Assembly: GCA_963820525.1 (NCBI GenBank)
Contig: CAWGAA010000001.1
Span: forward strand, 2,294,203 to 2,358,202
Source: an uncultured Spirochaetota bacterium
GTDB taxonomy: Bacteria > Spirochaetota > Spirochaetia > SZUA-6 > Fen-1364
Length of the DNA stretch: 64,000 bases
Reading direction: 5' to 3'
This document shows positions 9,696 to 19,935 of this stretch, in pieces (position 1 is the stretch's first letter; each line of letters opens with the position of its first letter). The notes below the pieces were generated by a model. That model was not told where the DNA came from, did not search any database, and saw nothing but the letters and a program-made list of their open reading frames with translations. Position numbers and translations under genes: made by a program.

Positions 9696-11852
9696 CTACT
9701 TCGATGTCATGACCCAGACGCCCGCCCAGGGGCCTTGCGACGGGCTTGCGATGAGCTCGCCGCACTTCTCGGCGTACGCCGCCGCCGGCGGATCCTGATC
9801 CGAGATGCTGGAAAACACCTCCCGCGCTTCGGCAAACCGGCCGTCGTAGAAGAGAGAGAGCCCCCGGCCGAACGCCTCGATCTCCCTTGCCCTTGCTGAA
9901 AAGACCTCGGGAAACATCGGCTCGTACACCGTGACCGGCTCCTTTCTCCCCACGACGGCCACACGGGCTATCTCACGGGCGGGAAAAGCGCCGCCCGCCT
10001 TGCCCATGGTCGCGGCGGAAGCCATCGTGTAGGACCGGAACTGCTTGTTGGTCCCTTCCAGCCGGGAGGCGAGGTTCACGGCGTCCCCCAGCATCGTGTA
10101 GTTGAAGCGCGTGTGCGAGCCCATGTTTCCCACCACGGCCGGGCCCGAGTGCATTCCGATGCGCATGTAAAGGAACTTGCCCACACGCGAATGCAGGGCG
10201 GGACGCATCTGCTCGAGCTTCGCCTGGCAGCGGAGCGCCGCGCGGATGGCGCGCCTGGCATGATCGTCCTGGGAGACCGGCGCGTTCCAGAAGGCGATGA
10301 TGGCATCCCCCTCGTATTTATCGATGGTTCCGCCCTCCTCCTGGATGATGTCCGTCATGGCGGAAAGGTACTCGTTCAACAGCGTGGTGAGGTCCTCCGG
10401 GCTCAGCACCTCGGAGATGCTCGTGAAGCCCTGGAGGTCCGAGAAGAAGATGGAAAGCTCCCTTTTCTCGCCTCCCAGCTTCAGCCGCTCGGGGTGTGCA
10501 ATGAGCTCCTCGATGACGTCGGAGCTCAAGTACTGCTTGAACGCGCCCTTGATGTAGCGTTTCTGGCGGCCTTCGGTTGCGTAGCTGGCGAGACTGGAGC
10601 CCACGAGGGCGATAGCGACGCCCGTTTCCAGGGCCAGGATCTGAAGCCAGTAGCCCAGGGCGTACGCCGCCAGGCCGAGCGCAGGGGCGAGGGGGAGGAA
10701 AGCCCCATAGATCAGGACGCTCCTTCCGGCGCCGGACACGCTCGAGGCCGATATCCCAGCCCCCGCGCAGAGCAGGACCAACAGGGCGATCATGGCCCAT
10801 GGCGGGACGGCGCTGATGAAATCGTTGGAGAGGAGGTTGTCCAGCATCGTGGCGTGTACCTCCACTCCGGGAGAGACCCCTCCCATGGGCGTCGGCTTGA
10901 CGTCCAGGAGGGCGGGGGCCGTGTCTCCGAAGAAAACGTACTTGCCGGCGAGCCTGCTAGGATCGATGTTGGGCTCTTTCCCTTCTTGGAGCTGAAGCTC
11001 GCTCTGGATAACGGCGCCGGCCGGCAAGGCCAGGTGCGTCTTGGTGGGCCCCCGGTATCGGAGGATCGCGCGCCCCTCGGAATCGATGGGCACGGAGAGC
11101 CCGTCCACGGTGAGGAGCCCCGGCTTGATGCTTACGACATGCTCTCCCGGATTGCCTGCGAGGTAGGCGGCCAGGCCCTGGGAGGGCACAACCCTGCCGT
11201 CAAAGGTATTGAAGAGCGCCGCCCTGCGCAGCACCGTGTCAGGGTCCGGGCTCAAATTCGTATTGGCCAGCATCCGGGCCGCCTTCGCCACCTCGGGGAT
11301 GGGAAAGCTTGCAAAGGGAAAAGCCAGCGTGCGGGGCTTGACGGACCCGATCCATTCCTGGAGCCCGAAAACTTGAATCTGGCTCTGGGGAAGGTCAGGC
11401 GGCCAGCTTCGAGCCTCCGCGTTCGCCTTTCCCAGGAAAAACGAGTTTACCACCCTGCCGTTCGCAGAAATGGCGCGGCCCAGGCTTTCGTCGTCAGCCA
11501 CGCCGATGGGCGATGCCTCGCTGAACAAGAGGTCGAATATCAGCGCTTTCGCGCCCGCCCTCCGGCAGAAATCTGCAATAACCGAAAATACCTCCCTCGG
11601 CCATGGCCAGGGAAGCCCATTCACGTTTTTTCCCCAGTCAAGACTTTCCTGGTCCCGAAAAATGAAGACGATTTTATCGCTCTCCCTGCCCGGGCGCGCG
11701 AAAAGCTGCTCGCGCCAGTCCCACGTTTTGGCCTCGAAGCCCCCGAATGCGCCGGTAAGCCAGATCAGGAGGCCAAGAGCGACGCCCACCCCGGCTATGA
11801 TGCAGCCCTGCGTCAGCCTGCGGAGGGACCGCGCGGTTCCAGCGGCGGCCAT
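9696..11852 (-). CDS. CHASE2 sensor-domain class III adenylate/guanylate cyclase.
   Basis: 718 aa. N-terminal TM plus CHASE2 region, membrane segments, then a cyclase domain (FSDLQGFTS...EGDAIIAFWNAP...RIGMHSGPAVVGNMG). Confidence 0.8.
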   Translation of the reverse strand: MAAAGTARSLRRLTQGCIIAGVGVALGLLIWLTGAFGGFEAKTWDWREQLFARPGRESDKIVFIFRDQESLDWGKNVNGLPWPWPREVFSVIADFCRRAGAKALIFDLLFSEASPIGVADDESLGRAISANGRVVNSFFLGKANAEARSWPPDLPQSQIQVFGLQEWIGSVKPRTLAFPFASFPIPEVAKAARMLANTNLSPDPDTVLRRAALFNTFDGRVVPSQGLAAYLAGNPGEHVVSIKPGLLTVDGLSVPIDSEGRAILRYRGPTKTHLALPAGAVIQSELQLQEGKEPNIDPSRLAGKYVFFGDTAPALLDVKPTPMGGVSPGVEVHATMLDNLLSNDFISAVPPWAMIALLVLLCAGAGISASSVSGAGRSVLIYGAFLPLAPALGLAAYALGYWLQILALETGVAIALVGSSLASYATEGRQKRYIKGAFKQYLSSDVIEELIAHPERLKLGGEKRELSIFFSDLQGFTSISEVLSPEDLTTLLNEYLSAMTDIIQEEGGTIDKYEGDAIIAFWNAPVSQDDHARRAIRAALRCQAKLEQMRPALHSRVGKFLYMRIGMHSGPAVVGNMGSHTRFNYTMLGDAVNLASRLEGTNKQFRSYTMASAATMGKAGGAFPAREIARVAVVGRKEPVTVYEPMFPEVFSARAREIEAFGRGLSLFYDGRFAEAREVFSSISDQDPPAAAYAEKCGELIASPSQGPWAGVWVMTSK

Positions 11853-11860
11853 GCGGCGGC

Positions 11861-12766
11861 TCAGATGGCGCCGAGGGCCGCCTGGAAGCGGGCCTTGCGC
11901 GCGGCAGGGGCGGGGGCGGCGGGAGCCGCTTTGCCGATGGCGCCCTGCACGTCCTTGATGCGGTCTTCGGGGTCGGGGTGGGTCTTGGCAAAGTCGACCC
12001 CTCCCGGCTTGAGCTTCTTTTCCATGACCTTGAGCATGCGCACGAGGGCCTGGGGATCGTAGCCGACCTTCTGGAGAATGACCACGGCCTGATGGTCGGC
12101 CTCGGACTCCTGGGCGCGCGAGTAGCCCGAATTGACCAGCGTTGAGGTGATATCCGTGATTGAACCCTCGAAGTCGGCGGTGAGCTGTGCCACCTCCTCG
12201 GGGCTCGCCATCTCCGCGGCAGTTATCGCCGTGCTGGTGAGCGCGGATGTGATGCGGGAGGTCTTGATCGCCTTCAGGGCGTGATCCTTGACCACGTGGC
12301 CGATCTCGTGCGCCAGGATGACCGCCGCCTCGTCCTCGTTCTCTGCGCAGCGCAGCAGGCCGCGCGTCACCAGAATCAGCCCGCCGGGAGCGGCGAAGGC
12401 GTTGATCTCATCGGAATCGAGGATCTGGAAGTGATATCCGCCGAAGGTTTCGGGACGGTCGCTGGCGAGCGCCAGGCTGGTGCCCAGGAGGTTGAGGTAG
12501 GCATTGGCCTTCGCGTCCCCGTAGGCGGTGTACTTGTTGAGAATGACGGCTGCCACCGCGCGGCCGATGTAGTATTCCTGCTCCGGGGTGATGTCCTCGA
12601 AGACCGCCTCTGCGCTCTTGTTGATTGAGGACGCCTGCCCCTCGCTGATACTGCCCGTCGCCACGCCCACCGTGGTGATCGCCTTGCTGATGTCTCCCAG
12701 GCTTTCGCAGCCGGAAACAAAGAACGCCAGGAAAACGAGCAGAAAGAGCGCGCATATCGTTTTCAC
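11861..12766 (-). CDS. M48-family zinc metallopeptidase lipoprotein.
   Basis: HEIGHVVKDH zincin motif. Start reassigned to GTG at 12766 (VKTICALFLLVFLAFFVSGC lipobox) with a GGGAGG SD. Overlaps the upstream stop by 4 nt. Confidence 0.65.
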   Translation of the reverse strand: MKTICALFLLVFLAFFVSGCESLGDISKAITTVGVATGSISEGQASSINKSAEAVFEDITPEQEYYIGRAVAAVILNKYTAYGDAKANAYLNLLGTSLALASDRPETFGGYHFQILDSDEINAFAAPGGLILVTRGLLRCAENEDEAAVILAHEIGHVVKDHALKAIKTSRITSALTSTAITAAEMASPEEVAQLTADFEGSITDITSTLVNSGYSRAQESEADHQAVVILQKVGYDPQALVRMLKVMEKKLKPGGVDFAKTHPDPEDRIKDVQGAIGKAAPAAPAPAARKARFQAALGAI

Positions 12767-13242
12767 CGATCGCCTCCCAGGTCCCCTGACAGCCCACCCT
12801 TGGACAGAAAGGCGGCGACCTGGTCGGGGGTGACTATGTAGGTGGTCGCCATGCGGTCCACCCACGTGTAGTCCAGCTTCTCGTCGCTCTTGTATTTGGC
12901 CTCCACCTCCTTGTTGAACCCCTTGCCGGCGAGGGCCATCTCTCCGCTCGACGCGATCTGGCTCACGTCCTCGGAGCCCGCCTTGAGCACGTACTTTTTT
13001 GTCGAAAGGGCGGAGAGGCTCACCCATCCCTGCTTGCCGGAAAAGCTCACCTTGGCCCACGCGCCCTGGGTGGACTGGACCTCGACCCGGTCCGTATAGG
13101 CGAGCTTGGCGAGGACTTTCCCCAGGAAGCTTGGCGTGGCCCTGATGAACGTCTCCTTGACCGAAACGCTCATCTCATCGCCAAAGGCGGCGGCCGTACA
13201 GATGAGCAGAACGGCTGCCCACACAATCCGCAATCGCGACAT
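12763..13242 (-). CDS. Secreted protein with a bacterial SH3-like domain.
   Basis: Start reassigned to ATG at 13242 (MSRLRIVWAAVLLICTAAAFG signal) with GGAGGG SD. GAWAKVSFSGKQGWVSLSAL looks SH3b-like. Confidence 0.5.
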   Translation of the reverse strand: MSRLRIVWAAVLLICTAAAFGDEMSVSVKETFIRATPSFLGKVLAKLAYTDRVEVQSTQGAWAKVSFSGKQGWVSLSALSTKKYVLKAGSEDVSQIASSGEMALAGKGFNKEVEAKYKSDEKLDYTWVDRMATTYIVTPDQVAAFLSKGGLSGDLGGDR

Positions 13243-13352
13243 GGGGACCCTCCTCTCGCCGGGCGCGGCGATCCTTCCCGCCATGGTAGCGAGAATCCCG
13301 CCCGTTGTCATCATTCTCTTGATTTTTTCCCGTCTTTCTGTACACCAGAAGC

Positions 13353-14006
13353 GTGACGGCCAAAGAGAGGAAAGAGGCGCTCCTCGGCATCGGCCAGAGG
13401 CTCTTCGCGCTCCAGGGGTATCGCGATGTGAGCGTCCGGGACATCACGGAGGCGGCGGGCCTGGGGACGGCCAGCTTCTACACCTACTTCCCCAGCAAGG
13501 AATCCTTCTACGCCCAGATCATCGACCGGCTCGAGCAGAGAGAGATCAAGGAAATCGAGAGGCGGGTGGGCGGGTTCCAGTCCCCGCTCAACAAGCTGAA
13601 AGCCCTCTTCCGCTCCATCATGAGCGACATGCAGAGAAACGAGATCCTCCGCGGCGTCTACGCCCGGGAGAAGCGCTTCCTGTACCCCGGCCTGGCAGAG
13701 GGCACCCTGCGTGAAACCGGCCTTCCCGCCTACTTCGAGGGGCTGGTCGAGAAGATACTGGCGGAAGGCGCCAGGAAGGGGATCTTCCGCACGAGCGTGT
13801 TCAGGAATCCCAAGCAGATGCTGCTCGCCATCTTCAGATCGCTTCTCATGGACAGCCGGCCCGGCAGCGCCGAGGATCTCATCTCGGACGTGTCCCTGCT
13901 GGTGGAGCGCGGGATAAAGAGGTGGCTGCGCCTGCGCATGAGGGATGAGAGGCTGGACAGACGGGCCTCGCGGATCCCCGGAAGCCCTGAAAAACAAACC
14001 GAATAA
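13353..14006 (+). CDS. TetR/AcrR family transcriptional regulator.
   Basis: N-terminal HTH: [27 protein letters not shown]. Confidence 0.85.
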   Translation: MTAKERKEALLGIGQRLFALQGYRDVSVRDITEAAGLGTASFYTYFPSKESFYAQIIDRLEQREIKEIERRVGGFQSPLNKLKALFRSIMSDMQRNEILRGVYAREKRFLYPGLAEGTLRETGLPAYFEGLVEKILAEGARKGIFRTSVFRNPKQMLLAIFRSLLMDSRPGSAEDLISDVSLLVERGIKRWLRLRMRDERLDRRASRIPGSPEKQTE

Positions 14007-14012
14007 TCCATT

Positions 14013-14022
14013 CGAATATTCG
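14013..14022. promoter_or_regulatory. 10-bp perfect palindrome CGAATATTCG immediately after the tetR stop, followed by a tandem TTGACA-TTGACA-TCGACG direct repeat (14114..14131) upstream of the operon.
   Basis: Read directly. Candidate TetR operator and promoter elements. No canonical -10 was found. Confidence 0.3.
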
Positions 14023-14140
14023 GCCCGCATTCCCCGCGCGCGGCCCCGGGGGCGGGATTCTCGCGAAAAACCCCGCGTTTTTCGATGATTTTTGGTATTC
14101 CCGGCGCATTCTGTTGACATTGACATCGACGAATGACCAG

Positions 14141-14956
14141 ATGGTTTTTGCGGGGAGGAAGAATGTGATCGACGTTCTGGCCATCCGTGGTGGAAACGAC
14201 AAATCAGGCATGCCTGAGAACGTGCGGGAAGTGTGCATCCGCCGGGGAGAGATCGTCGGGGTGGTGGGGCCGACGGGAAGCGGAAAAAGCTCCCTGATCG
14301 CGGATATCGAGCAGCTGGCCCAGGGCGACACACCGACGCGCAGGCACATCCTGATCAACGGCCGCGAGCCGCTGCGGGAGGAGCGCACAGACCCGAAGAG
14401 AAAAATAGTGGCCGAGCTCTCGCAGAACATGAACTTCCTTGCCAACATGTCGGTGGGCGATTTCCTGCGGCTCCACGCCAAGTGCAGGAGGGCTCACGGC
14501 GTGGAGGCCGCTCACGTCATCGAGCTTGCCAACGGGCTCACGGGAGAGCCGATCAGGGAGGACGAGGAGCTCACCATCCTGAGCGGCGGCCAATCCCGCG
14601 CGCTCATGGTGGCCGACGTGGCGCTCATCAGCGACTCCCCCATCGTATTGGTGGACGAGATCGAGAACGCAGGGATCAAGAAGCACGATGCCCTGAGGCT
14701 CCTCTCGGGCCACGGAAAGATCGTTCTCGTGGTGACCCACGACCCGGTGCTCGCCCTGATGGCCGAGCGGCGGATCATCATGAAAATGGGCGGCATGGCG
14801 AAGGTGGCCGAGACCTCCCGGGGAGAGAAGATCCTCGCCCAGAGGCTTCGGAGGATGGACGAATGGATGCTCACCCTGCGGGAGCTGGTCCGGCAGGGCG
14901 AGCCGCTTGAGGACGTGACCCATCTCGCGGGGGTGCAATCGGGGATCATGGCGTGA
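14141..14956 (+). CDS. Stand-alone ABC-type ATPase (nucleotide-binding domain only).
   Basis: Walker [10 protein letters not shown], signature LSGGQ, Walker B LVDE, H-loop VTHD. Alternative start is GTG 14165, which has GGGAGG 6 nt upstream. Stop overlaps the next start. Confidence 0.7.
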   Translation: MVFAGRKNVIDVLAIRGGNDKSGMPENVREVCIRRGEIVGVVGPTGSGKSSLIADIEQLAQGDTPTRRHILINGREPLREERTDPKRKIVAELSQNMNFLANMSVGDFLRLHAKCRRAHGVEAAHVIELANGLTGEPIREDEELTILSGGQSRALMVADVALISDSPIVLVDEIENAGIKKHDALRLLSGHGKIVLVVTHDPVLALMAERRIIMKMGGMAKVAETSRGEKILAQRLRRMDEWMLTLRELVRQGEPLEDVTHLAGVQSGIMA

Positions 14957-15654
14957 AGCTCATCATCGTTGCCGGGACGCCCGGCTCCGGCAAAACCTCC
15001 ATCCTGGTGAACGCCGTGAGGCTCCTCAAGGCGGGCGGACGGTCGGTTTCCGTGGTGAAGATCGACTGCCTTGCCACCGACGACGACGAGCGCTACGCGC
15101 GGCTTTCCATCCCGACTCTCGTCGGGCTCGCCAAGGACGTCTGCCCGGATCACTACACCGTCTACAATATGGAGGAAATCCTCCAGTGGGCCAACGGCCT
15201 CTCGACGGAGTTCCTCCTCGTGGAGACGGCGGGGCTCTGCCACAGGTGCGCGCCCTACACTTCCGGATCCGCCGGGGTCTGCGTCATCGATGCCACCTCG
15301 GGACCAAACACCCCCTTGAAGGTCGGCCCCCTGTTGAGCACGGCCAACATCATCGTGATCACCAAGGGAGACGTCATCTCACAGGCGGAGAGGGAGATCT
15401 TCCGGGAGCGCCTCTTGGAGATGAATCCCCGGGCAATGCTGATCGACGCCAATGGCTTAAGCGGTCAGGGCGCAGCCGAGCTCGTGGCGCTTGTCCGGGA
15501 CTGGCCGGAGGTGAATCTGGAAGACGAGCGGCTGCGGCACACGGCTCCGCTTTCCGTATGCACCCTCTGCGCGGGAGAGACCCGGGTGGCGCGGGAGCAC
15601 CACCGGGGGATCCTGCGGCGCATCGACGGTTTCCAGTCCTACACGGGTGAGTGA
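14953..15654 (+). CDS. G3E-family P-loop GTPase (HypB/UreG/CobW/MeaB-like metallochaperone NTPase).
   Basis: [10 protein letters not shown]-loop, ETAGLCHRC (Cys-His-x-Cys), TKGD (NKxD-like), C-terminal [12 protein letters not shown] start overlaps the upstream TGA. Confidence 0.65.
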   Translation: MKLIIVAGTPGSGKTSILVNAVRLLKAGGRSVSVVKIDCLATDDDERYARLSIPTLVGLAKDVCPDHYTVYNMEEILQWANGLSTEFLLVETAGLCHRCAPYTSGSAGVCVIDATSGPNTPLKVGPLLSTANIIVITKGDVISQAEREIFRERLLEMNPRAMLIDANGLSGQGAAELVALVRDWPEVNLEDERLRHTAPLSVCTLCAGETRVAREHHRGILRRIDGFQSYTGE

Positions 15655-16321
15655 AGTGAAGAGTGACCCCGCCCGGCACCTCCCCGGCCACAACTGCGGC
15701 GCATGCGGCCACGCGCGCTGCGACTCTTTCGCCGCCGCGCTCGCGGAGGGCAGGGCGGGCGTCACGGACTGCCTCGTTCTCCAGCAGGAACGCTACAGCG
15801 GCCAAAGGAGGCTCCTGGAAGAGCTTTTCGGGGGCCGGGAACGGGAGCGGGTGGGACCACGGCCCGAAAAACCCGTGGGGCTGATAGACGGATACGAGGC
15901 GGATTTCGTTCTCGCTCCCCTTCGGGGGGAGGGATCGTGCCGGGAGATTCTCATGCAGGTGACTCCTTCGGCGGTGGGCGCCGGGGACGTGATTCGCTAC
16001 AGGCCCTTGGGATGCCCGGTCACCCATTTCGCGCGGATCATAGAAAAAAGAGACGGGCTTCTCGTGGTGCATGTTGTTGGCCCGCGGCACAGGCTCGGGG
16101 ACGAGAGCTTCAACTTTGCGGAAATCGGCCTGTGCATGGTGATCGGTTTCGAAGGCGAGGTCCGGGGCACCCCGCCCGCGGTGGGCGAGACGGTGCGGTT
16201 CATGCCGGCCGAGTGCATGATGCAGAAGGTCCATTCCGGCGTCGTGGTGAGCTGTGAAGGAAAGAGAGTGCGACTCGAAGGGATAGACCTGAAGGTCTGG
16301 GCCCCCCCGGTGAAAAGATGA
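15647..16321 (+). CDS. Fe-S cluster domain protein with an RnfB-N-terminal-like C-x2-C-x4-C-x16-C motif and an uncharacterised C-terminal domain.
   Basis: [39 protein letters not shown] overlap with the upstream gene and ATGA overlap with the downstream gene. Confidence 0.5.
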   Translation: MSEVKSDPARHLPGHNCGACGHARCDSFAAALAEGRAGVTDCLVLQQERYSGQRRLLEELFGGRERERVGPRPEKPVGLIDGYEADFVLAPLRGEGSCREILMQVTPSAVGAGDVIRYRPLGCPVTHFARIIEKRDGLLVVHVVGPRHRLGDESFNFAEIGLCMVIGFEGEVRGTPPAVGETVRFMPAECMMQKVHSGVVVSCEGKRVRLEGIDLKVWAPPVKR

Positions 16322-17607
16322 ATCGCCATTACCACCTCTCGTGCGTGGCTTGCGGAAAGGCGCACGAGGACTCGAAAGAGGGTTTCTTCCTGGACTGCAC
16401 GGAGGAGCATCCCCCTTCCCTGCTTCGGGCGGTCTACAACAGAAAGGATTTCAACGTCAGGGAAGACCTCAGCGGAATCTTCCGCTATCTCGACTGGCTT
16501 CCCGTTCGAAGGTCTCTGGAATGCGGCGGCCGCCCCGTGGTCTACAGGAGCGAGCGGCTCGCCGGGAAGGTGGGCCTCGAGAGGCTGTTCGTCGCTTTCA
16601 GCGGCTACTGGCCCGAGCGGGGCGCGGGGATGGAGACATGCAGCTTCAAGGAGCTTGAGGCCCTGGCCGTTCTTGCCCGAATCCCCCTTGAAAGCGAGAA
16701 AAGCCTCGTGGTTTCCTCGGCGGGCAACACAGCCCGCGCCTTTCTCCAGATAGCGTCCCTCAATCGCATCCCCATCCTGGTTGTCGTTCCCGAGTCCGCG
16801 CTCCCCGACATGTGGATGACCGTGGAGAGGCACCCCGTCATCAGGCTGGCCGTCGTGAAGGGCAATGCCGACTACCTGGACGCCATCGAGCTGGGCAATG
16901 CGATCGCCACCCTCGACGGCTTCCACCCCGAGGGGGGAGCCCGGAACATCGCCCGGCGTGACGGCATGGGCACGGTGCTGCTCTCCGCGGTGGAAGAGCT
17001 GGGTGAGATTCCCGCGCATTATTTCCAGGCCGTGGGAAGCGGGACGGGGGCAATCGCGGCCTGGGAGATGGCGGTGAGGCTCACAGCGGACGGCAGATTC
17101 GGCTCGCGCGGAATGAGGCTGCACCTGGTGCAGAACGAGCCTTTCGCCATCATGACCCGCGCCTGGCAGGCGGGAAGCAGGGAGCTCCCCCAAACGGATC
17201 CCCTCGAGGCGAAGAAAAAGATCGCCCTGATGCATTCCCGCGTGCTCTCCAACCGGAAGCCTCCCTATGGAATCGCCGGCGGAGTGTTCGACGCTCTTTC
17301 GGACACCGGTGGGCTGATGTATTCGGTTTCCAATGAGGAGGCGCGGGAGGCGGGCGGCCTCTTCGAATCCCTGGAGGGCGTCGATCTCGACCCCGCGGCA
17401 GAGGTGGCCCTCGCCGGAATGATCCAGGCCGTAAAGGCGGGAAGCGTGAATCCGGAAGAGACGGTGCTGCTCAACGTCACCGGCGGGGGGAGCGCACGGC
17501 TGGCGGCGGAGGGCAGAGCGCGGAAGGTGGAGCCTGACTTCATTTTCACGCCGGAGGACGCGAAGAGGATTCGAAGCGTTGAAACCCTGTTGATCAAGGC
17601 GAGCTGA
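16318..17607 (+). CDS. ThrC/cysteate-synthase-like fold-type II PLP enzyme with an N-terminal CxxC zinc ribbon.
   Basis: HLSCVACGKAHED...LDCTEEH, then METCSFKELEA (S-F-K PLP-lysine motif of the threonine synthase family) and VSSAGNTARA. Confidence 0.6.
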   Translation: MNRHYHLSCVACGKAHEDSKEGFFLDCTEEHPPSLLRAVYNRKDFNVREDLSGIFRYLDWLPVRRSLECGGRPVVYRSERLAGKVGLERLFVAFSGYWPERGAGMETCSFKELEALAVLARIPLESEKSLVVSSAGNTARAFLQIASLNRIPILVVVPESALPDMWMTVERHPVIRLAVVKGNADYLDAIELGNAIATLDGFHPEGGARNIARRDGMGTVLLSAVEELGEIPAHYFQAVGSGTGAIAAWEMAVRLTADGRFGSRGMRLHLVQNEPFAIMTRAWQAGSRELPQTDPLEAKKKIALMHSRVLSNRKPPYGIAGGVFDALSDTGGLMYSVSNEEAREAGGLFESLEGVDLDPAAEVALAGMIQAVKAGSVNPEETVLLNVTGGGSARLAAEGRARKVEPDFIFTPEDAKRIRSVETLLIKAS

Positions 17608-17621
17608 GGAGGTCCGGCTTC

Positions 17622-18866
17622 ATGGTTGATCTGTTCGACAAGTGCAGGGGAGAGGGGGGGTATTTCGGCGCCTTCCGAGTCAAGGATGACATGTACTATT
17701 CCCGGCCCGTTCTGGAAGGAACCCCGGGGCCCCGGATGACCTTTCAGGGAAAAGAAGTGGTCGTGTGGGCCATCAACAACTACCTCGGGATGGCGGGAAA
17801 CGCCGAGGTGAAAAAGGCCGCCGCCGCATCCCTGGAGCGGTGGGGCACCTACACCCCGATGGGCTCCCTGATGCTCACGGGCAACACCGAGGCCCACATG
17901 CGGCTTGAGCGCCTGCTTTCCGAATTCGTCGGAAAGCAGGCCGCAAACCTCTTCAACTACGGCTACCTCGGGGTCATCGGAACCATCAGCGCCCTGGTGG
18001 GGCCCGAGGACGTGATCGTCATGGACCGCCTCAGCCACGCAAGTATCGTGGACGGGGTGGTCCTCGCCTCGGCCGGCAGGCGCTTCCGGCCCTTCAAGCA
18101 CAATGACCTCGACAACCTCGAGTTCCATCTCAAGGGGGCAAACCGGGACAGGAAGGGCGGCATCCTCATCGTCACCGAAGGGGTGTACGGGATGAGGGGA
18201 GACCTGGCCGACCTCCCGGGCATCTGCGCCCTGAAGGAGAAGTACGGGGCGCGCCTGTTCGTTGACGACGCGCACGGCTTCGGCGTGGTAGGGGAGAACG
18301 GGCGCGGGATCGGGGAGCACTTCGGCGTGCAGGAGAGGATCGACCTGTACTTCTCCACCTTCGCCAAGTCTTTTGCCGCAATCGGAGGCTTCACGGCCGG
18401 GGAAGAGGAGCCGATCCGCTACATCAAGTACAACGCCCGCACCAACGTGTTCGCCAAGAGCCTCCCCATGGTCTTCGTCGATGCGATAGCGACCTCACTC
18501 GAGGTGATCAAGAGCAGGCCGGAGCTTCGTCGGCGCATGTGGCGGATCTCGGAAAGGCTTCAGAAGGGCCTCACGGACCTCGGCTACGACATCGGAGACA
18601 CCAGGACACCCATCACCCCCGTGTACGTGCCGGCAGGCGACGTTCAGACCGCCATGGCGATGATCCGGATGCTCCGGGAGGAATACGGGATCTTCGTTTC
18701 CGGGGTCATGTACCCCGTGGTCCCGCCCGGGGTGGTCATGTTCCGGATGATTCCCACCGCCTCCCACACGGAAGAGGACGTGGACAGGACCCTCTCCGGG
18801 TTCAAGAGCATGCGAGACCGGCTGAAGCTGGACTTGAGCCAGAAGCCCTCGCTGAAGAACAGGTAG
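17622..18866 (+). CDS. Alpha-oxoamine synthase family PLP enzyme (BioF/Kbl/serine palmitoyltransferase-like acyl-CoA/ACP:amino acid C-acyltransferase).
   Basis: VDDAHGFGVVGENGRG and STFAKSFAAIGGF PLP-lysine, closest to the SPT GTFTKSFG motif. GAGGAGG SD. Confidence 0.8.
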   Translation: MVDLFDKCRGEGGYFGAFRVKDDMYYSRPVLEGTPGPRMTFQGKEVVVWAINNYLGMAGNAEVKKAAAASLERWGTYTPMGSLMLTGNTEAHMRLERLLSEFVGKQAANLFNYGYLGVIGTISALVGPEDVIVMDRLSHASIVDGVVLASAGRRFRPFKHNDLDNLEFHLKGANRDRKGGILIVTEGVYGMRGDLADLPGICALKEKYGARLFVDDAHGFGVVGENGRGIGEHFGVQERIDLYFSTFAKSFAAIGGFTAGEEEPIRYIKYNARTNVFAKSLPMVFVDAIATSLEVIKSRPELRRRMWRISERLQKGLTDLGYDIGDTRTPITPVYVPAGDVQTAMAMIRMLREEYGIFVSGVMYPVVPPGVVMFRMIPTASHTEEDVDRTLSGFKSMRDRLKLDLSQKPSLKNR

Positions 18867-19003
18867 ATCAGGGCTCACGTTGAAGGCGCGGGCCCGTGTG
18901 CCGCAGCGAGAAAAAACGGGCGCGCCAGCCATGGGGCGCCCGCTGCACGCCCGCTGCTCTTCCTTGACACGCGGCCGCGATTCAAGGACACTTGCCGCTG
19001 ATC

Positions 19004-19930
19004 ATGAGTCAGCGGCGGTCGGACAGGTTTGCCGGGAGGCCATGGCAGTCTCCCACGCTCATGGTATGCGCCTTTTTGCTTGCCGCCCTGCTCTCCTCCG
19101 GCTGCGGTCCGAGCCGCGGCGAGGTCGCCTCCACCTCAGCTTCGGCCAACTCCACAATCCAGATCACGGGGTCCGACACCCTGGTCAACCTGGCCCTTGC
19201 ATGGGCCGAAGCCTACATGAACCTGCACCCCGACGTTCGTATCTCCGTGACGGGAGGCGGCTCGGGCACGGGCATCGCCTCCCTGATAAACGGCACGATC
19301 AACATCGCCGACGCGTCCCGCGAAATGACGGCGGAAGAGATCGCCGCGGCGCGGAAGAACGGAATCGATCCCGTTCGATTCACGGTGGCCCTCGATGCCA
19401 TCGCCGTCGTTGTCAACCTCGAGAACCCCGTCACGGGCCTTACCCTGCCCCAGCTCTCGCAAATCTACACGGCCAGGATCTCCACCTGGAGTGAAGTAGG
19501 CGGCGACAACCGTCCCATCGTGCTTCTCTCACGCGAGTCCAACTCGGGAACCTACGTATACTTCCTCGAGCGCGTCGTGCGCCTGGGAGAGAAAGGCAAC
19601 AGCGCCCTGTTCTCCCCCGACACCCTGCTGATGCCCTCATCCGAGGGGATAAGCGTCGAGGTGAAGCAGAACCCGAACGCCATCGGCTATGACGGCCTCG
19701 GCTACGTCACCCCCCAACAGAAGGTTGTCGCGGTCGCTTCCGAGCCGGGCAGGCCGTTCGTTCTTCCCTCCTCGAAGACGGTCCTGGACGGCTCGTACCC
19801 GATCGCCCGGCCCCTGTTCATGTACACGGCGGGCGAGCCCTCCGGGGCGACCAGGCAGTATCTGGACTGGATCATGACCGACGGCCAGGCCATCGTGAAA
19901 AACCTCGGCTTCGTGCCGCTCAAGGAGTAG
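19004..19930 (+). CDS. pstS: Phosphate ABC transporter substrate-binding lipoprotein PstS.
   Basis: Lipobox LLSSGC. TGSDTL...GGGSGTG motif. Followed by pstCAB. Confidence 0.8.
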   Translation: MSQRRSDRFAGRPWQSPTLMVCAFLLAALLSSGCGPSRGEVASTSASANSTIQITGSDTLVNLALAWAEAYMNLHPDVRISVTGGGSGTGIASLINGTINIADASREMTAEEIAAARKNGIDPVRFTVALDAIAVVVNLENPVTGLTLPQLSQIYTARISTWSEVGGDNRPIVLLSRESNSGTYVYFLERVVRLGEKGNSALFSPDTLLMPSSEGISVEVKQNPNAIGYDGLGYVTPQQKVVAVASEPGRPFVLPSSKTVLDGSYPIARPLFMYTAGEPSGATRQYLDWIMTDGQAIVKNLGFVPLKE

Positions 19931-19935
19931 GGAAA

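Noticed and set aside
10113-12062. 649-aa + strand ORF antisense to the CHASE2 cyclase and M48 peptidase.
   Set aside because: It lies antisense to two genes with clear domain signatures. It has no motifs and a GC-driven open frame.
11861-13060. Long 399-aa version of the M48 peptidase ORF, and the 13314 start for the SH3-like protein.
   Set aside because: The upstream extensions overlap the neighbouring gene. Internal starts with lipobox or signal peptide and GGAGG-type SDs are far more plausible.
18867-19003. Pho box upstream of pstS.
   Set aside because: Only a loose GACAC...GACAC direct repeat is visible. There is no convincing match to a Pho-box consensus, so it is not called.
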